From Desulfomonilia bacterium (GTDB lineage Bacteria > Desulfobacterota > Desulfomonilia > UBA1062), in assembly GCA_050014195.1 (NCBI GenBank), contig JBEKDT010000006.1, forward strand, positions 96,001-160,000: a stretch of DNA of 64,000 nt. Direction: 5' to 3'. The notes under the pieces are model-generated. The model was not told the origin of the DNA, did no database searches, and worked only from the letters and a program-made list of their open reading frames with translations. The first letter of the stretch is position 1; every line of letters starts with the position of its first letter. Below are positions 44,810 to 56,357 of this stretch, piece after piece. The translations under genes and the position numbers were made by a program.

Positions 44810-47449
44810 TCAGTAGCTCTCGAACTCTTTATCGACTTCATCGCCCTTGGATTCTCCATCATGGAGGTCGATGATGGCACCCGAAGTTCTGACTTCTCCG
44901 TTATTTCTGCCTTTGATGACCGGGGGTATCTCATGGTGCACTTTTCCTGCCTGTGGCTTTGGGGACATATGACCGATCTTTGCCGTCCTTGCCATTGCAG
45001 AGACCTTATTCGCACCCTGCTTCTCAACCTTGAAGAATGAAATAGCCTCCTGGAGCTGGACCGCCTGGGATGAGAGCTCCTCGGATGTGGAAGACATCTC
45101 CTCGGCTGCAGAGGCGTTCTGCTGCACCACCTGGTTGAGCTGCTGGATGGCCGAGTTGATCTGCTCGGCCCCGGTATTCTGCTCGTTGCTCGCCGCGGTA
45201 ATCTCCTGAACAAGCTGGGAGGTCTTCTGGATGTCGGGCACGATCTGAGAGAGGAGCTTGCCTGCCTTTTCAGCCACATCCACGCTGCTCACCGAGAGCT
45301 TGCTGATCTCGCCTGCGGCCTCTGCGGACCGCTCGGCAAGCCTCCTCACCGCTGCGGCCACCACCGCAAACCCCTTGCCGTGTTCCCCGGCCCGGGCGGC
45401 TTCGATGGCGGCGTTTAAGGCCAGCAGGTCGGTCTGACGGGCGATCTCCTCAACGATGTCGATCTTCTCCGCTATGGTCTTCATGGCCGAGACCGTCTCA
45501 AGTACGGCCTTGCCGCCCTCACGGGCGTCTTCCGCCGACTTGACGGCAATCTTCTCGGTCTGCTGGGCATTGTCCGCGTTCTGGCGGATGTTGGATGCCA
45601 TCTGCTCCATGGAGGAAGATGCCTCCTCGGCAGCAGAGGACTGCTCGCTTGCACCCTGTGACATCTGCTCGGCAGTGGAGCTCATCTGCTCACTGCCCGC
45701 GGCAACATTGTCTGCCGCACCCTTGACATTCTGGACTATATCGGAAAGCTTTTCCACCATATCCTGGATAGAGATCATGAGCTTGTCCTGATCGGAACGT
45801 TTCTGGACCTTCACGGTCAGATCGCCCTGCGCGATTTTCTCGGCCGTTTCAGCCACATCATTCATGGCCTGAATGAGCATGTTGAGGTTGTTCTTGATGG
45901 TATTGAAATCACCATTGTAGCTCTCGGTGATCTTGGACGGTATATCACCCTTGGATATCCGGTCCACATACTCCGCGGTCACATTCAGCGGGCCTATGAC
46001 GGCATCAAGAAGCTGGTTGACACCATCGATAGCTCTTTTATGAATCCCTTGATATTGGGACGTATCGGCTCTATAAGACAGCTTTCCCTGTATTGCGGAT
46101 TCGATGAGCAGACCGACGTCCTTACCGCGGCTTTCCAAGACATCGATCAGTACATTCAGGTTGTTTTTGATGGTATTGAAATCTCCATTATAAGAGTCCG
46201 TAATCCTGGCCGGGATGTTGCCTTTGCTTATATCGTCAACATACTTAGCGGCTATATTAAGAGGACCGATCACTGTATCCAGGGTGTCGTTCACACCTTC
46301 AACAACCTTCCTGAAATCTCCCTGGTGCTTGGTCGCATCCGCTCTCGTGGCCAGTTTCCCTTCCACAGCTGCTTTGGAGAGCACATTGACATCTACTACC
46401 AGGGTGTTAACCGTGCCGATTAGGTTTGCCAGGGCCTTCATTAACTCATCCTTTTCCGAGCGCTGTTTTACCTCAAGGTTTGTATTTCCGATCGACATCT
46501 CCTTTGCTATTTCAGTCACTTTTTGTATAGCATCGATCAACATGTTCAGGTTGTTCTTGATCTCGTTGAAGTCGCCATTGTAAGAATCCGTGATCTTCGG
46601 AGGAATATCACCCTTGGATATACGGTCCACGTACTCGGCTGCCACGTTGAGCGGCCCGATCACTGCGTCGAGAATGTTATTGATGCCCTTGATGATATCC
46701 CGGAATTCAAAGTTGATCTTCTGAGGATCGCCCCTTGTGGTAAGCTTGCCCTCTACGCACGCATTGGTCAGAAGATTAGTCTCCTCCAGCATCCCGCTGA
46801 TGATTTTTGTGATGCTGCGGGTCATGGCGATGGCATAGGTCAAGCTCCCGATACCGATTACAAGCAGGACGGCAAAGATGATATAAAACAGACTTGAAAA
46901 GGACTTCTGCATATCATCAATATAGATTCCGGAACCGACAACCCAGCCCCAAGGCTTAAAAAGCTTAACATAGGATATCTTGTCAACGGGCTTTTCTGTT
47001 CCCGGCTTCTCCCATTTATACTCAACCAAGCCTTCGCCTTTTTCTTTGCAAATATTAACCATCTCCACAAAGAGCCTTTTCCCTTTTGGGTCCTTGTTCT
47101 CCGATAGGTCTTTGCCATTCAACTCGGGTTTGAAAGGATGCATGATCATCTTTGGGGTCATGTCGTTAATCCAGAAATATTCTTTTTCGGCATAACGAAG
47201 GTTTTGCACTTCCATGGCGGCTTTGCCCTGTGCTTCTGCCAGCGGCATCTTTCCTTTTTTCACTAGGTCATCATACTGGACAAGGATGCTGTAGGCCACA
47301 TCGACCAGACGACGCGTCGCTGTAATCTTTTCGTCATAAATCCTTCCCCTGGAAGTTATATAGAGCCCTCCTATAACAAGGGTGAAAAGGATAATAGTAA
47401 CGACAGACTGCATCATGATCCGGCTTGAAAGTTTCAGTTTTAATGACAC
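44810..47449 (-). CDS. Methyl-accepting chemotaxis protein (sCache sensor, poly-HAMP)
   Basis: YFWIND..MIMHP..PEL.G, Y.W.KPG, repeated GDF..IKNNLN HAMP units, [24 protein letters not shown]. Confidence 0.96.
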   Translation of the reverse strand: MSLKLKLSSRIMMQSVVTIILFTLVIGGLYITSRGRIYDEKITATRRLVDVAYSILVQYDDLVKKGKMPLAEAQGKAAMEVQNLRYAEKEYFWINDMTPKMIMHPFKPELNGKDLSENKDPKGKRLFVEMVNICKEKGEGLVEYKWEKPGTEKPVDKISYVKLFKPWGWVVGSGIYIDDMQKSFSSLFYIIFAVLLVIGIGSLTYAIAMTRSITKIISGMLEETNLLTNACVEGKLTTRGDPQKINFEFRDIIKGINNILDAVIGPLNVAAEYVDRISKGDIPPKITDSYNGDFNEIKNNLNMLIDAIQKVTEIAKEMSIGNTNLEVKQRSEKDELMKALANLIGTVNTLVVDVNVLSKAAVEGKLATRADATKHQGDFRKVVEGVNDTLDTVIGPLNIAAKYVDDISKGNIPARITDSYNGDFNTIKNNLNVLIDVLESRGKDVGLLIESAIQGKLSYRADTSQYQGIHKRAIDGVNQLLDAVIGPLNVTAEYVDRISKGDIPSKITESYNGDFNTIKNNLNMLIQAMNDVAETAEKIAQGDLTVKVQKRSDQDKLMISIQDMVEKLSDIVQNVKGAADNVAAGSEQMSSTAEQMSQGASEQSSAAEEASSSMEQMASNIRQNADNAQQTEKIAVKSAEDAREGGKAVLETVSAMKTIAEKIDIVEEIARQTDLLALNAAIEAARAGEHGKGFAVVAAAVRRLAERSAEAAGEISKLSVSSVDVAEKAGKLLSQIVPDIQKTSQLVQEITAASNEQNTGAEQINSAIQQLNQVVQQNASAAEEMSSTSEELSSQAVQLQEAISFFKVEKQGANKVSAMARTAKIGHMSPKPQAGKVHHEIPPVIKGRNNGEVRTSGAIIDLHDGESKGDEVDKEFESY

Positions 47450-47493
47450 ATGATCCTCCTTGATCTACGATTCATCATGCCCGGGAAGGTGCA

Positions 47494-48015
47494 TCACAGG
47501 GCTGACTCGATCGCCTCGGCATTGACATGGGTCTGTCCCGCAAGATTGACCATGGACAGGTCATCAGAGGAGAAGACCTTGTCGATGTCCAGGATCATGA
47601 CGAATTCCTCGTCGCGTCTTCCCATGCCTTTGATAAAATCCGTGTTAAGCCTGGTGCCTATCCGGGGGGCCGGCTCGATGTTCTCCGGTTCAATATCCAT
47701 GACCTCGTGAACCGAGTCTGCCAGTACCCCGAGTACTGTCTCATCGCCTTCGATTGAGATCTCGCCGATGATGATCCTCGTATTCACCGTCTTTTCCGTG
47801 TCCTTGATCCCGAACTTCCTGTTGAGGTCCACCACCGGCACCACTGAGCCCCGCAGGTTGATCACCCCTTTCATAAAATCCGGGGTCTGAGGCACCTTGG
47901 TTATCTTGGTGAAGTCGAGCACCTCGCGGACCTTGGATATGTCCAGTGCGAATTCCTCTTCATCGAGCTTGAACGAAAGGTACTGCCTGGTCTCGGTTAT
48001 TGTCTCCACACTCAT
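47494..48015 (-). CDS. cheW: Chemotaxis coupling protein CheW
   Basis: QYLSFKL, GVINLRGSVVPVVDL; SD AAGGAG before ATG 48015. Confidence 0.96.
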   Translation of the reverse strand: MSVETITETRQYLSFKLDEEEFALDISKVREVLDFTKITKVPQTPDFMKGVINLRGSVVPVVDLNRKFGIKDTEKTVNTRIIIGEISIEGDETVLGVLADSVHEVMDIEPENIEPAPRIGTRLNTDFIKGMGRRDEEFVMILDIDKVFSSDDLSMVNLAGQTHVNAEAIESAL

Positions 48016-48172
48016 GGTTTTCTCCTTCTTCTCTTCAGCATAATCTTCAACCCGATCGATACTATCAGCATCAGGGGGAACAGGCCCTTCATGGGTGCTG
48101 TATCTTTGGGCGCTGAATGCCCCTTGTAGCTGTCCATGCCCAATTTCCCTGCGAGGACCTTCCAAGGGGTCC

Positions 48173-50149
48173 TCAGTAGCTCTCGAAATCTTTATCGGCT
48201 TCATCGCCCTTAGATTCTCCATCATGGAGGTTGATGATTGCACCCGTCTTTTTAGCTTCTCCGTTATTCCTGCCTTTGATGACTGGAGGTATCTCATGGT
48301 GCACCTTCCCCACCTGGGGATTGGGGGACATGTGACCGATCTTTGCCGTCCTTGCTATTGCAGAGGCCTTATTCGCACCCTGCTTGTCGATTTTGAAGAA
48401 GGAAATGGACCCCTGGAGCTGGACCGCCTGGGATGAGAGCTCCTCGGAGGTGGATGACATCTCTTCGGCTGCAGAGGCATTCTGCTGCACCACCTGGTTG
48501 AGTTGCTGGATCGCGGAATTTATCTGGTTCGCACCGGTGTTCTGCTCGTTGCTCGCCGCAGTGATCTCCTGGACCAGTTGGGAGGTCTTCTGGATGTCGG
48601 GCACGATCTGAGAGAGGAGCTTGCCCGCCTTTTCAGCCACATCCACGCTGCTTACCGAGAGCTTGCTGATCTCGCCTGCGGCCTCTGCGGACCGCTCGGC
48701 AAGCCTTCTCACCGCTGCGGCCACTACCGCAAACCCCTTGCCGTGTTCCCCGGCACGGGCCGCCTCGATGGCGGCGTTTAAGGCCAGCAGGTCGGTCTGA
48801 CGGGCGATCTCCTCAACGATGTCAATCTTCTCCGCTATGGTCTTCATGGCCGAGACCGTCTCAAGTACGGCCTTGCCGCCCTCACGGGCATCTTCCGCCG
48901 ACTTGACGGCGATCTTCTCGGTCTGCTGGGCATTGTCCGCGTTCTGGCGGATGTTGGATGCCATCTGCTCCATGGAGGAAGATGCCTCCTCGGCAGCGGA
49001 GGCCTGCTCGCTTGCACCCTGGGACATCTCCTCGGCCGTGGAGCTCATCTGCTCGCTGCCTGCTGCCACATTGTCCGCTGCGTTCTTGACATCCTGAACA
49101 ACGTTTGAGAGCTTATCCACCATGTCTTGCAGAGAGATCATGAGTTTGTCTTGTTCGGAACGTTTCAGAACTTTAATGGTTAGATCACCGTTTGCGATCT
49201 TTTCAGCCGTCTCGGCCACATCATTCATGGCCTGAATGAGCATGTTGAGGTTGTTCTTGATGGTATTGAAATCGCCGTTGTAATTGTCGGTGATCTTGTC
49301 CGGGATATCTCCCTTGGATATCCGGTCCACATACTCGGCTGTCACATTCAGCGGCTTGATAAGGGCATCGAGGATATTGTTGACACCTTGCACAATACCC
49401 TGGAACTCGAAGTTGATCTTCTCAGGATCACCGCGTGTATCAAGCTTTCCTTCCAGGCATGCCTCGGTAAGGTGCTGTGTTTCATTCAAGATAGACTTTA
49501 TGATGTTGACTACGTTCTTCATTAAGATAGTACCAAGAACACCAGCAAGCAGGGCACCTAAAATGATAATAGATATCATGGTATTTGTGGCACGACTTGT
49601 TGTAGCCTGATTGTCCTCCATGGTCTTCTTGCCACTGTCGACATTGTATTTCGTGACATTATTAAGGGTGTCTTCAACTGCAGTATATTTTTTATCAAGA
49701 TCACCTAACAGGAGAGTAAGGGCCTCGGCTTTTTTATCAGCTTTAGCAAGATCGATACACTGGTTCGTCTCGCTGACAGCCAAATTCCTGGCATCAAGAT
49801 AGGTTTGCCAATTTTTCTTGTCTTGTTCATCCAGGTTTGTCTTGGCATAATCATCTTCGGTTTTTTTTATTGATTCGAGATCACCCTTAACTTGATCCTG
49901 CATCTTTAGTCTTTCAGAAGGGTCCGTCTTGATAAGCATATCACGGAGATCTACTTGAAGTGTCTGGATTTCTCGTCCAAGGTCACCAAGGGCGGCAATT
50001 GGTACGGTTACCTGCTCATAGAGAATGGTATCAGCATTGTCTATTTTCTTGATGTTCATGATGCCGCAAACACCAATCGCTAGGGAAATGATGATCATTA
50101 CTGCCAATGCACTGATAATTTTGGGCCCCATCTTCATATTTTTAAACAT
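48173..50149 (-). CDS. Methyl-accepting chemotaxis protein (four-helix-bundle sensor)
   Basis: Two TMs around a helical periplasmic domain, HAMPs, signalling domain nearly identical to 44810-47449. Confidence 0.96.
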   Translation of the reverse strand: MFKNMKMGPKIISALAVMIIISLAIGVCGIMNIKKIDNADTILYEQVTVPIAALGDLGREIQTLQVDLRDMLIKTDPSERLKMQDQVKGDLESIKKTEDDYAKTNLDEQDKKNWQTYLDARNLAVSETNQCIDLAKADKKAEALTLLLGDLDKKYTAVEDTLNNVTKYNVDSGKKTMEDNQATTSRATNTMISIIILGALLAGVLGTILMKNVVNIIKSILNETQHLTEACLEGKLDTRGDPEKINFEFQGIVQGVNNILDALIKPLNVTAEYVDRISKGDIPDKITDNYNGDFNTIKNNLNMLIQAMNDVAETAEKIANGDLTIKVLKRSEQDKLMISLQDMVDKLSNVVQDVKNAADNVAAGSEQMSSTAEEMSQGASEQASAAEEASSSMEQMASNIRQNADNAQQTEKIAVKSAEDAREGGKAVLETVSAMKTIAEKIDIVEEIARQTDLLALNAAIEAARAGEHGKGFAVVAAAVRRLAERSAEAAGEISKLSVSSVDVAEKAGKLLSQIVPDIQKTSQLVQEITAASNEQNTGANQINSAIQQLNQVVQQNASAAEEMSSTSEELSSQAVQLQGSISFFKIDKQGANKASAIARTAKIGHMSPNPQVGKVHHEIPPVIKGRNNGEAKKTGAIINLHDGESKGDEADKDFESY

Positions 50150-50642
50150 TGTTCTTCCCTCCTTGGTATGTATTCGTTGAATTACATGGATCTGACGGTG
50201 AATATCTTGTACAGCTCATAGCCTTATCCTTGTTCTTTTCTTCCATGGTGTCCGGCGGATCGTTCTCGTAGTGCAAGTGGTCGGCGCCAGCGGTCTTTGT
50301 ATGGCATTCATGTCCTAGAAGTATGCCGTTTACCTTTTCAATGAGGTCATAGTATGGAGTGATCCCCAGTATGCTTCCCATGATTTTACCCCGATCAAGA
50401 ATGAGATATGTGGGTGTACCCCTGGTGGAGTACTTTTCACTGAAGTAGGGGAACACGTCTTCCAGTGTGTAGTATACAGCTAGGCTCCCCTTGAAGTGAT
50501 CAGCAATGTGTTTGAGGGTTATGAGCTGATCCTGAAACTTATGGTCCCTTCGTATGCACGCAATAAGGATAGGGGCATGTGCCCTGTTCAGATCAGTAAT
50601 GGTATCTTGGGTAATCTGAGATACCTCGTATCTCGAATGCAT
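50142..50642 (-). CDS. Thioredoxin-fold protein lacking CxxC
   Basis: [17 protein letters not shown]...G matches the Trx cis-Pro region; single Cys at the active-site strand. Confidence 0.6.
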   Translation of the reverse strand: MHSRYEVSQITQDTITDLNRAHAPILIACIRRDHKFQDQLITLKHIADHFKGSLAVYYTLEDVFPYFSEKYSTRGTPTYLILDRGKIMGSILGITPYYDLIEKVNGILLGHECHTKTAGADHLHYENDPPDTMEEKNKDKAMSCTRYSPSDPCNSTNTYQGGKNNV

Positions 50643-50692
50643 CGCCTATACCCCCCTGGGGAAAGAACCTGTCTTTCCCGCGGTTCCTCCTA

Positions 50693-50709
50693 CTCAACAT
50701 GCGTGCCAT
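50693..50709 (-). promoter_or_regulatory. Variant sigma54 -24/-12 promoter
   Basis: TGGCAC-GCATG-TTGAG (GA in place of GC at -12), immediately downstream of a sigma54 activator gene. Confidence 0.55.
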
Positions 50710-50799
50710 AGGGCCGGATGGATGGGGATTATCAGCAAACGATAATTATATTGGTAAGTTAAAATGAATTACGCTTTTGAAAGATGTGCAAACGGCTGG

Positions 50800-50844
50800 T
50801 GTAAAGTTACAGGAATTAACTGTAAGGAGAATGTAAGTTTTACA
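50800..50844. promoter_or_regulatory. Candidate enhancer (UAS) palindromes for the adjacent activator
   Basis: TGTAAAGTTACA (50800-50811) and TGTAAGTTTTACA (50832-50844), about 90-135 bp upstream of the -24. Confidence 0.5.
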
Positions 50845-52582
50845 CTTCTTCAGTAGGAATACAAATATTGTAATCCTTCATCTTTTGATAGAGGCTTGGG
50901 CGGCTGACGCCGAGGATGCGTGCCGCCTGAACCTTGTTCCAGCCGGTGTTTTCCAGGGCGCTGTAAATGTCTTCTCTGGTCAGGGGGGTTTTCTTTCGAC
51001 TGTGGCTGGTTTCATGCGAGTGATATATGCTGAGGTGTTCTCTTATCTCCTGGGGCAGATTATCCATATTTATGGTCTGTGACCGGCATACCACAAAGGC
51101 ATGCTCGAGCACATGCATGAGTTCCCTGATGTTGCCGGGCCAGTCATACCCCATGAAGCAGATCTCGACTTCCTTTGAGATACCCGTGATATTCTTTTTG
51201 AATTTTTTATCGAATGAGCTGATTAAATGATCGACCAGGAGGGGAATATCCTCCCTTCTTTCCCGAAGGGGGGGCACCTTGATCTCGACCACTTTCAGGC
51301 GATAATACAGGTCTTCCCGGAATTCGCCCTTCCTCACCTTGTCCATAAGGTCCTGGTTCGTGGCGGACAGTATCCGGACATCCATCCTGATGGGCGTGGG
51401 GTCGCCCACCCGTTCGAACTCCTTTGTCTCGAGCACCCTCAGGAGTTTGACCTGCGTCCTGGGAGATATGTCTCCGATCTCATCGAGGAAGAGGGTGCCA
51501 TGGTTTGCCAGCTGGAAACGCCCGACTTTATCCTTCACCGCTCCGGTAAAGGCCCCCTTGACATGGCCGAACAGCTCGCTCTCGAGGAGGCTCTCTGTCA
51601 GCGCCGAGCAGTTGACAACCACAAAGGGCTTGTGCGCCCGTACGCCGGAATAATGGACCGCCCGGGCTATGAGCTCCTTGCCTGTCCCGCTAGGCCCTGT
51701 GATGAGAATGGTGGTGTCCATATCCTTCAGATTTTCGAGCAGGCTGTAGATGTCCTGCATCTTCCTGCTCCTGCCGATGATATTGTTGAACTGGTTCCTG
51801 TCCTGGAGCTCCTTCTCGAGGTGAGACAACCGTGAGATGTCCCTGATGACCATGACCCCGCCTATCTGGTTTTCCTCGGTATCCTTGAGTGGTGTGACAT
51901 TCAGCAGTACAATCTGCAGGGGATTTCTGGCATGTTCGCACTCGATCCGGTAATCCCGGATGTAATTCCTGCTGAGCAGGGCATCCTCGAAGACACTCCA
52001 GCATCTCAGGCTGCACCTGTTTCTAATCTGAGGTACCATGTTTCCTAAAATGGAAGATGCACCGCAGATACTCTTGAACGCATTGTTCACCCGGGTCACC
52101 TTCATCTGGTTGTCAACCGTGACGATGGCATCCTCGACACTCTGGAAGATGGCCTCCAGGTGCGCCTGGTATGCCTTGTTCTCGCGCTCGATGGCTTCCT
52201 TTTCATCCTGAAAGGCCTTGAATTGGATGGCGTGTTTTGTCACGCGGATCAGGGTGTCGGCAAAGATAGGCTTTGCGATGTAATCAAAGGCCCCGTAGCG
52301 CACTGCAGCAGCAGCGGTTTCGATTTCAGGCTCACCGGTGATCATGATCACCGGACTGTCGAGGTCGAGGGTCTTCGCCTCCTTGAGGATATCGATGCCC
52401 GAGCGTTCCTCGAGGATGATGTCCGCAAAGATGACATCAAAGTGGGTTTGTGAGATAGCAGCCATGGCCGAGTCATAATCATCAGCCGTGTGCACGATGT
52501 ACCCGTGATTACCGAGCACCGCACTGAAGGTCTTCAGGATGCTTTCATCATCGTCTATGATGAGGATCTTTGATTGAATCAT
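50840..52582 (-). CDS. Sigma54-dependent response regulator (REC-PAS-AAA+-HTH)
   Basis: IIDDD, GPSGTGKE, ESELFGHVKGAFTGA, WPGNIREL, Fis-type HTH. Confidence 0.97.
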   Translation of the reverse strand: MIQSKILIIDDDESILKTFSAVLGNHGYIVHTADDYDSAMAAISQTHFDVIFADIILEERSGIDILKEAKTLDLDSPVIMITGEPEIETAAAAVRYGAFDYIAKPIFADTLIRVTKHAIQFKAFQDEKEAIERENKAYQAHLEAIFQSVEDAIVTVDNQMKVTRVNNAFKSICGASSILGNMVPQIRNRCSLRCWSVFEDALLSRNYIRDYRIECEHARNPLQIVLLNVTPLKDTEENQIGGVMVIRDISRLSHLEKELQDRNQFNNIIGRSRKMQDIYSLLENLKDMDTTILITGPSGTGKELIARAVHYSGVRAHKPFVVVNCSALTESLLESELFGHVKGAFTGAVKDKVGRFQLANHGTLFLDEIGDISPRTQVKLLRVLETKEFERVGDPTPIRMDVRILSATNQDLMDKVRKGEFREDLYYRLKVVEIKVPPLRERREDIPLLVDHLISSFDKKFKKNITGISKEVEICFMGYDWPGNIRELMHVLEHAFVVCRSQTINMDNLPQEIREHLSIYHSHETSHSRKKTPLTREDIYSALENTGWNKVQAARILGVSRPSLYQKMKDYNICIPTEEV

Positions 52583-52746
52583 GTGAGTCCGCCTTTGGTT
52601 ATGATTCAATTGCTATTAGATTATACCAGTTCATAGGAATCTTTTACAAAAGAAAGAATGCAGCATGGATGTGAAACCTTTTTCATACTGCAGCCCCCAG
52701 GCTCCAGCCCATAATTCAAGGGACGCATCTTTACCTGATCCCGCCG

Positions 52747-55700
52747 TCATTCTCCCATCTGCCGTCGGATCACCTGGGAAATCAACCTTTTTGTGAAGGG
52801 CTTCTCTATATACTCCCGTATACCTGCAGCCTTTGCCTTGTCCTGATCAACCGACTCGCTGTAACCGGTCATGATGATGATGGGAAGCTCCGGGCGTATC
52901 TTGAGCAACTCCACGGAGAGCTGCAGACCGGTCATCTCGGGCATCACTTGATCCGTGATGACAAGGTCGTAGCGCTGCGGCGCCGAGCGGAAGAGCATAA
53001 GGGCGTCCATGCTCGAGGTCAAGCTTGTGACCGGGTACCCGAGCTGATCGAGCATGATCCTGGTGAAATGGATGATGGACTCCTCATCGTCCACCACCAT
53101 GATGTGCTCTTTTTTGTGAAGAGTCGGTTCCTCATACTCTTCCTTGGGGAGATCCTCTGCGGGCAGACGTCCGGAGATGGGCAGGTACACCGAAAAGGTG
53201 CTTCCTCCCCCCGGGTTGGAGTCGACAGTGATGGCGCCTCCCAGCTCGGTGACGATGCCGTAGACCGTTGCCAGGCCGAGCCCGGTACCTTTGCCCTTTT
53301 CCTTGGTGGTGAAGAAGGGGTCGAATATGCGCTTCATGGTATGCTCATCCATACCATATCCCGTGTCGTTGACAATGAGCCGCAGGTGCGCACCCACCTT
53401 CAGGGGCGGGAGCTGCTGAACGTAATTCTCATCCAGGTTTACGGTATTGAGGGTTATGGTCAAATCGCCGCCGTCGGGTACCATGGCATGGTATGCATTG
53501 GTGCACAGATTTATGATGAGCTGGTGGATCTTGGCCGGGTCGCCATCCACCGGTCCTGCCCCGGGGTTGATACGATCGATGATGGTGATGTTCTTGGGGA
53601 TGGATGACCGGAGGAGCTTGATGGTTTCCCTGGCGATGAGCTGTACCTTTACCGGCTCCCGCCTGGATTCTACCTGGTGGCTGAAGGTGAGGATTTGTTT
53701 CACAAGGTCCCTGGCTCTCTCCCCTGCGTGGAGGACTTCCATGACGTGCTCATATGCCGGGCTCTTTCGCGGGACCTCTTCCTTGACGAGCTCCGAGAAG
53801 CCGATGATTGCCGAGAGAATGTTGTTGAAGTCGTGCGCAATACCGCCTGCCAGTGTGCCGATAGCTTCCAGTTTCTGGGATCGCAGCAGCTGCTCCTCGA
53901 GCTCCATCTCCTTGGTGATGTCCTTCTTGACCGCAACAAAATTCACGATATTCCCGGCCTTGTCCCGGATGGGGGAGATGGAGGCGTCTTCGTGGTACAG
54001 GGTGCCGTTTTTCCTGCGGTTGACGAAGCGGCCTGACCACGTGCACTCGCTGGTTATGGTCTCCCACAGACCCTTGTAGAAGGCCTCGTCCTGCATGCCG
54101 CTCTTGAGGATGCGGGGGTTCTGTCCCATAGCCTCCTCTTTGCTATAGCCCGTGATCCTCTCGAAGGCCGGATTGACATACTGGATCAGGCCTTCCCGAT
54201 CAGTGATGACCACACATTCCGCGGCCTGTTCGATTGCAGAGGCAAGCTTCATCATTTCCTCCTCTGCCTGCTTGCGCTCGGTGATGTCTATGATGGATCC
54301 TTCTAGTATCCCCTGTTCCTGGTAGAGTCGCAACGACGTGAGGCACGTCCTCACCTTGCCCTGCTTGTCCAGCATCCTGCATTCGAAATCGATGACATAG
54401 CCCTCAGCATTAAGCCTGCGGGACATTTCATCCCGTTCACCCGGATCGGCCCAGTGGATCACTGATGGATTTCCCTGCATCTCCTTACGTGTGCGTCCGA
54501 AGATTTTGAGGTATTGTTCGTTAAAATCCAGGATCTCGGACCCGTCAATTCTGGTCCTGAACATACCCACTTCGGCATTATAGAAGAGGTTCCGGAACTT
54601 TTCCTCGCTTTTTTTAAGAGCCTCCTCCGCCTGCTTGCGCTCGGTGATGTCCACCATGCTCCCCTGGAAATAGAGGATGGACCCATAGTCTGCCCGGAAT
54701 GTTGCCCCACCGATGGAGACCCATATGATACTGCCGTCCCTGCGCCTCAGCCTGGCTTCATAGTTGCTGAGGGTGCCGTTTTCTTCGAGGGTTCGTTTGA
54801 CCTCCCGGCGCTGTGATGGGTCGACATATACCTGGGAGCCGATATCGGTGATGGTCGAAACCAGCTCTTCAGGGGAATCATACCCGAGCATACGCGCGAG
54901 CGATGGGTTTGCCTGCAGGAACCTGCCTTCCGGCGTTGTCTGGTAGATCCCCTCCACCGCCTGCTCGAAGATGGTCTGGTACTTCTCTTCAGCCTGCTTC
55001 TTCTCGGTGATGTCCTGGATGATCCCGTCATAGGAGACGAGACGGCCACTGCGGTCATGGTATGGCACCGGGGTGTTCCTTACCCAGCGCAGCTTGCCGT
55101 CCTTGCGGATGATGCGGTGCTCGATGGCTTTAAAGGACCGGCCATTGAGGATATCCTCAGCCTGCCTCATCACGGCCTCCCGGTCCTCCTGGTGAACCAT
55201 GGTGATCCAGAGGTTCAGGCCATCAGAGAATTCCTCTACGGTATAGCCTGTGACGGCGACACATGCATGGCTGTGGAGGGTCTCGACGGCCTTGCGGTTC
55301 TTCACCGTGACGGTGAAGATGTAGTCGATCATCGTATCGGTGATCTTCCGGTAGCGCTCCTCGCTCTCCTTGAGCTTCCTGTCCATGTTATGCCGATAAA
55401 GCGCGATCTCGATTGTTGCCACAAGCTCGCGATCCGGTACGGGCTTGACCAGGTATCCATATGGTGCAGTGACCTTGGCCTGTTGGAGCAGAGGGTCCCG
55501 CGAGTAGCCGGTGAGGTAGACGACCGGGATGTCCAGATTGGCCCGGATGGTCTCGGATGCCTCGATGCCGTTCAGCCTTCCGAGAAGATCAACGTCCATG
55601 AGCACGAGGTCGGGCCTGTTGTCTGTGGCTGCAGCGATAGCCCTGTCGCCTGTCGCCACAGGATCGAGGACTGCGTATCCAAGTCGCGAAAGTGTCTCTT

Positions 55701-55764
55701 TCAGGTCAATGGCAATGATCCCATCATCCTCCACAATAAGGATGGTTTTTCCCCCCATGGTCAT
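52747..55764 (-). CDS. Hybrid histidine kinase (REC-4xPAS-HisKA-HATPase-REC)
   Basis: IVEDD, PAS/PAC repeats ending DITE, GGIAHDFNNIL, PFFTTK, GTGLGL, C-terminal VVDDE. Confidence 0.96.
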   Translation of the reverse strand: MTMGGKTILIVEDDGIIAIDLKETLSRLGYAVLDPVATGDRAIAAATDNRPDLVLMDVDLLGRLNGIEASETIRANLDIPVVYLTGYSRDPLLQQAKVTAPYGYLVKPVPDRELVATIEIALYRHNMDRKLKESEERYRKITDTMIDYIFTVTVKNRKAVETLHSHACVAVTGYTVEEFSDGLNLWITMVHQEDREAVMRQAEDILNGRSFKAIEHRIIRKDGKLRWVRNTPVPYHDRSGRLVSYDGIIQDITEKKQAEEKYQTIFEQAVEGIYQTTPEGRFLQANPSLARMLGYDSPEELVSTITDIGSQVYVDPSQRREVKRTLEENGTLSNYEARLRRRDGSIIWVSIGGATFRADYGSILYFQGSMVDITERKQAEEALKKSEEKFRNLFYNAEVGMFRTRIDGSEILDFNEQYLKIFGRTRKEMQGNPSVIHWADPGERDEMSRRLNAEGYVIDFECRMLDKQGKVRTCLTSLRLYQEQGILEGSIIDITERKQAEEEMMKLASAIEQAAECVVITDREGLIQYVNPAFERITGYSKEEAMGQNPRILKSGMQDEAFYKGLWETITSECTWSGRFVNRRKNGTLYHEDASISPIRDKAGNIVNFVAVKKDITKEMELEEQLLRSQKLEAIGTLAGGIAHDFNNILSAIIGFSELVKEEVPRKSPAYEHVMEVLHAGERARDLVKQILTFSHQVESRREPVKVQLIARETIKLLRSSIPKNITIIDRINPGAGPVDGDPAKIHQLIINLCTNAYHAMVPDGGDLTITLNTVNLDENYVQQLPPLKVGAHLRLIVNDTGYGMDEHTMKRIFDPFFTTKEKGKGTGLGLATVYGIVTELGGAITVDSNPGGGSTFSVYLPISGRLPAEDLPKEEYEEPTLHKKEHIMVVDDEESIIHFTRIMLDQLGYPVTSLTSSMDALMLFRSAPQRYDLVITDQVMPEMTGLQLSVELLKIRPELPIIIMTGYSESVDQDKAKAAGIREYIEKPFTKRLISQVIRRQMGE

Positions 55765-56059
55765 CTCCTGTTCCTGGGCCTGAACATGATGGTGACCCGT
55801 GTCCCGCCCGCCCTGTCCACTTCGATGGTGCTGCTGAGCTGGTGCTCGCCGAGCATCCGTACGATCCTAAGCCCCAGGTTCTTTTCCGATGCCAGGTCAA
55901 CATCCTCAGGAAGCCCCCAGCCGTTGTCCGCCACCGTGAGGGTATGTTGGTCACCGTCCCACCCTATGGTCACCATGATCTCGTTCGCCTCGGCACCGAT
56001 ATAGGGTCTGCCCTCAGGAAAGGCATACTTGAGGGCATTGGTTACAAGCTCGCTTATGA
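55761..56059 (-). pseudogene. C-terminal HATPase fragment of a 5'-truncated histidine kinase
   Basis: ISELVTNALKYAFP...VADNGWGLP...LGLRIV; the frame runs into the direct-repeat boundary with no start or H-box. Confidence 0.85.
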
Positions 56060-56357
56060 ATCGTAGATCTCAAGATGAGATCGTCAGTGTATTTTCTCTC
56101 ATAGAGGGAATTATTTAAATGAGGGCTTGGCTCTCAGCCGCCCCCGATAAAACTGCTGACTACACCTTTAAGATATTGAGCAGGATTAATCCGAGCCATA
56201 TTCTTTATGATATCGATATTGGAGTGGAGATGTCGGGTGTCCAGCACCCACATGATATGACGTTTCTTATACGGGATACCTGCCCTGTCCATGTACTCGC
56301 ACGGGAAGATCTGTACCGTGACCGTCTTTATGTCATAATCTTTGCCGCACTCACAGA
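56054..56357. repeat. Direct repeat (partner of 41399-41702)
   Basis: Sequence identity read directly. Confidence 0.92.

Noticed and set aside
48016-48297. 267-aa CheW with a long N-terminal extension
   Set aside because: The extension overlaps the mcp 3' end; a strong SD precedes ATG 48015.
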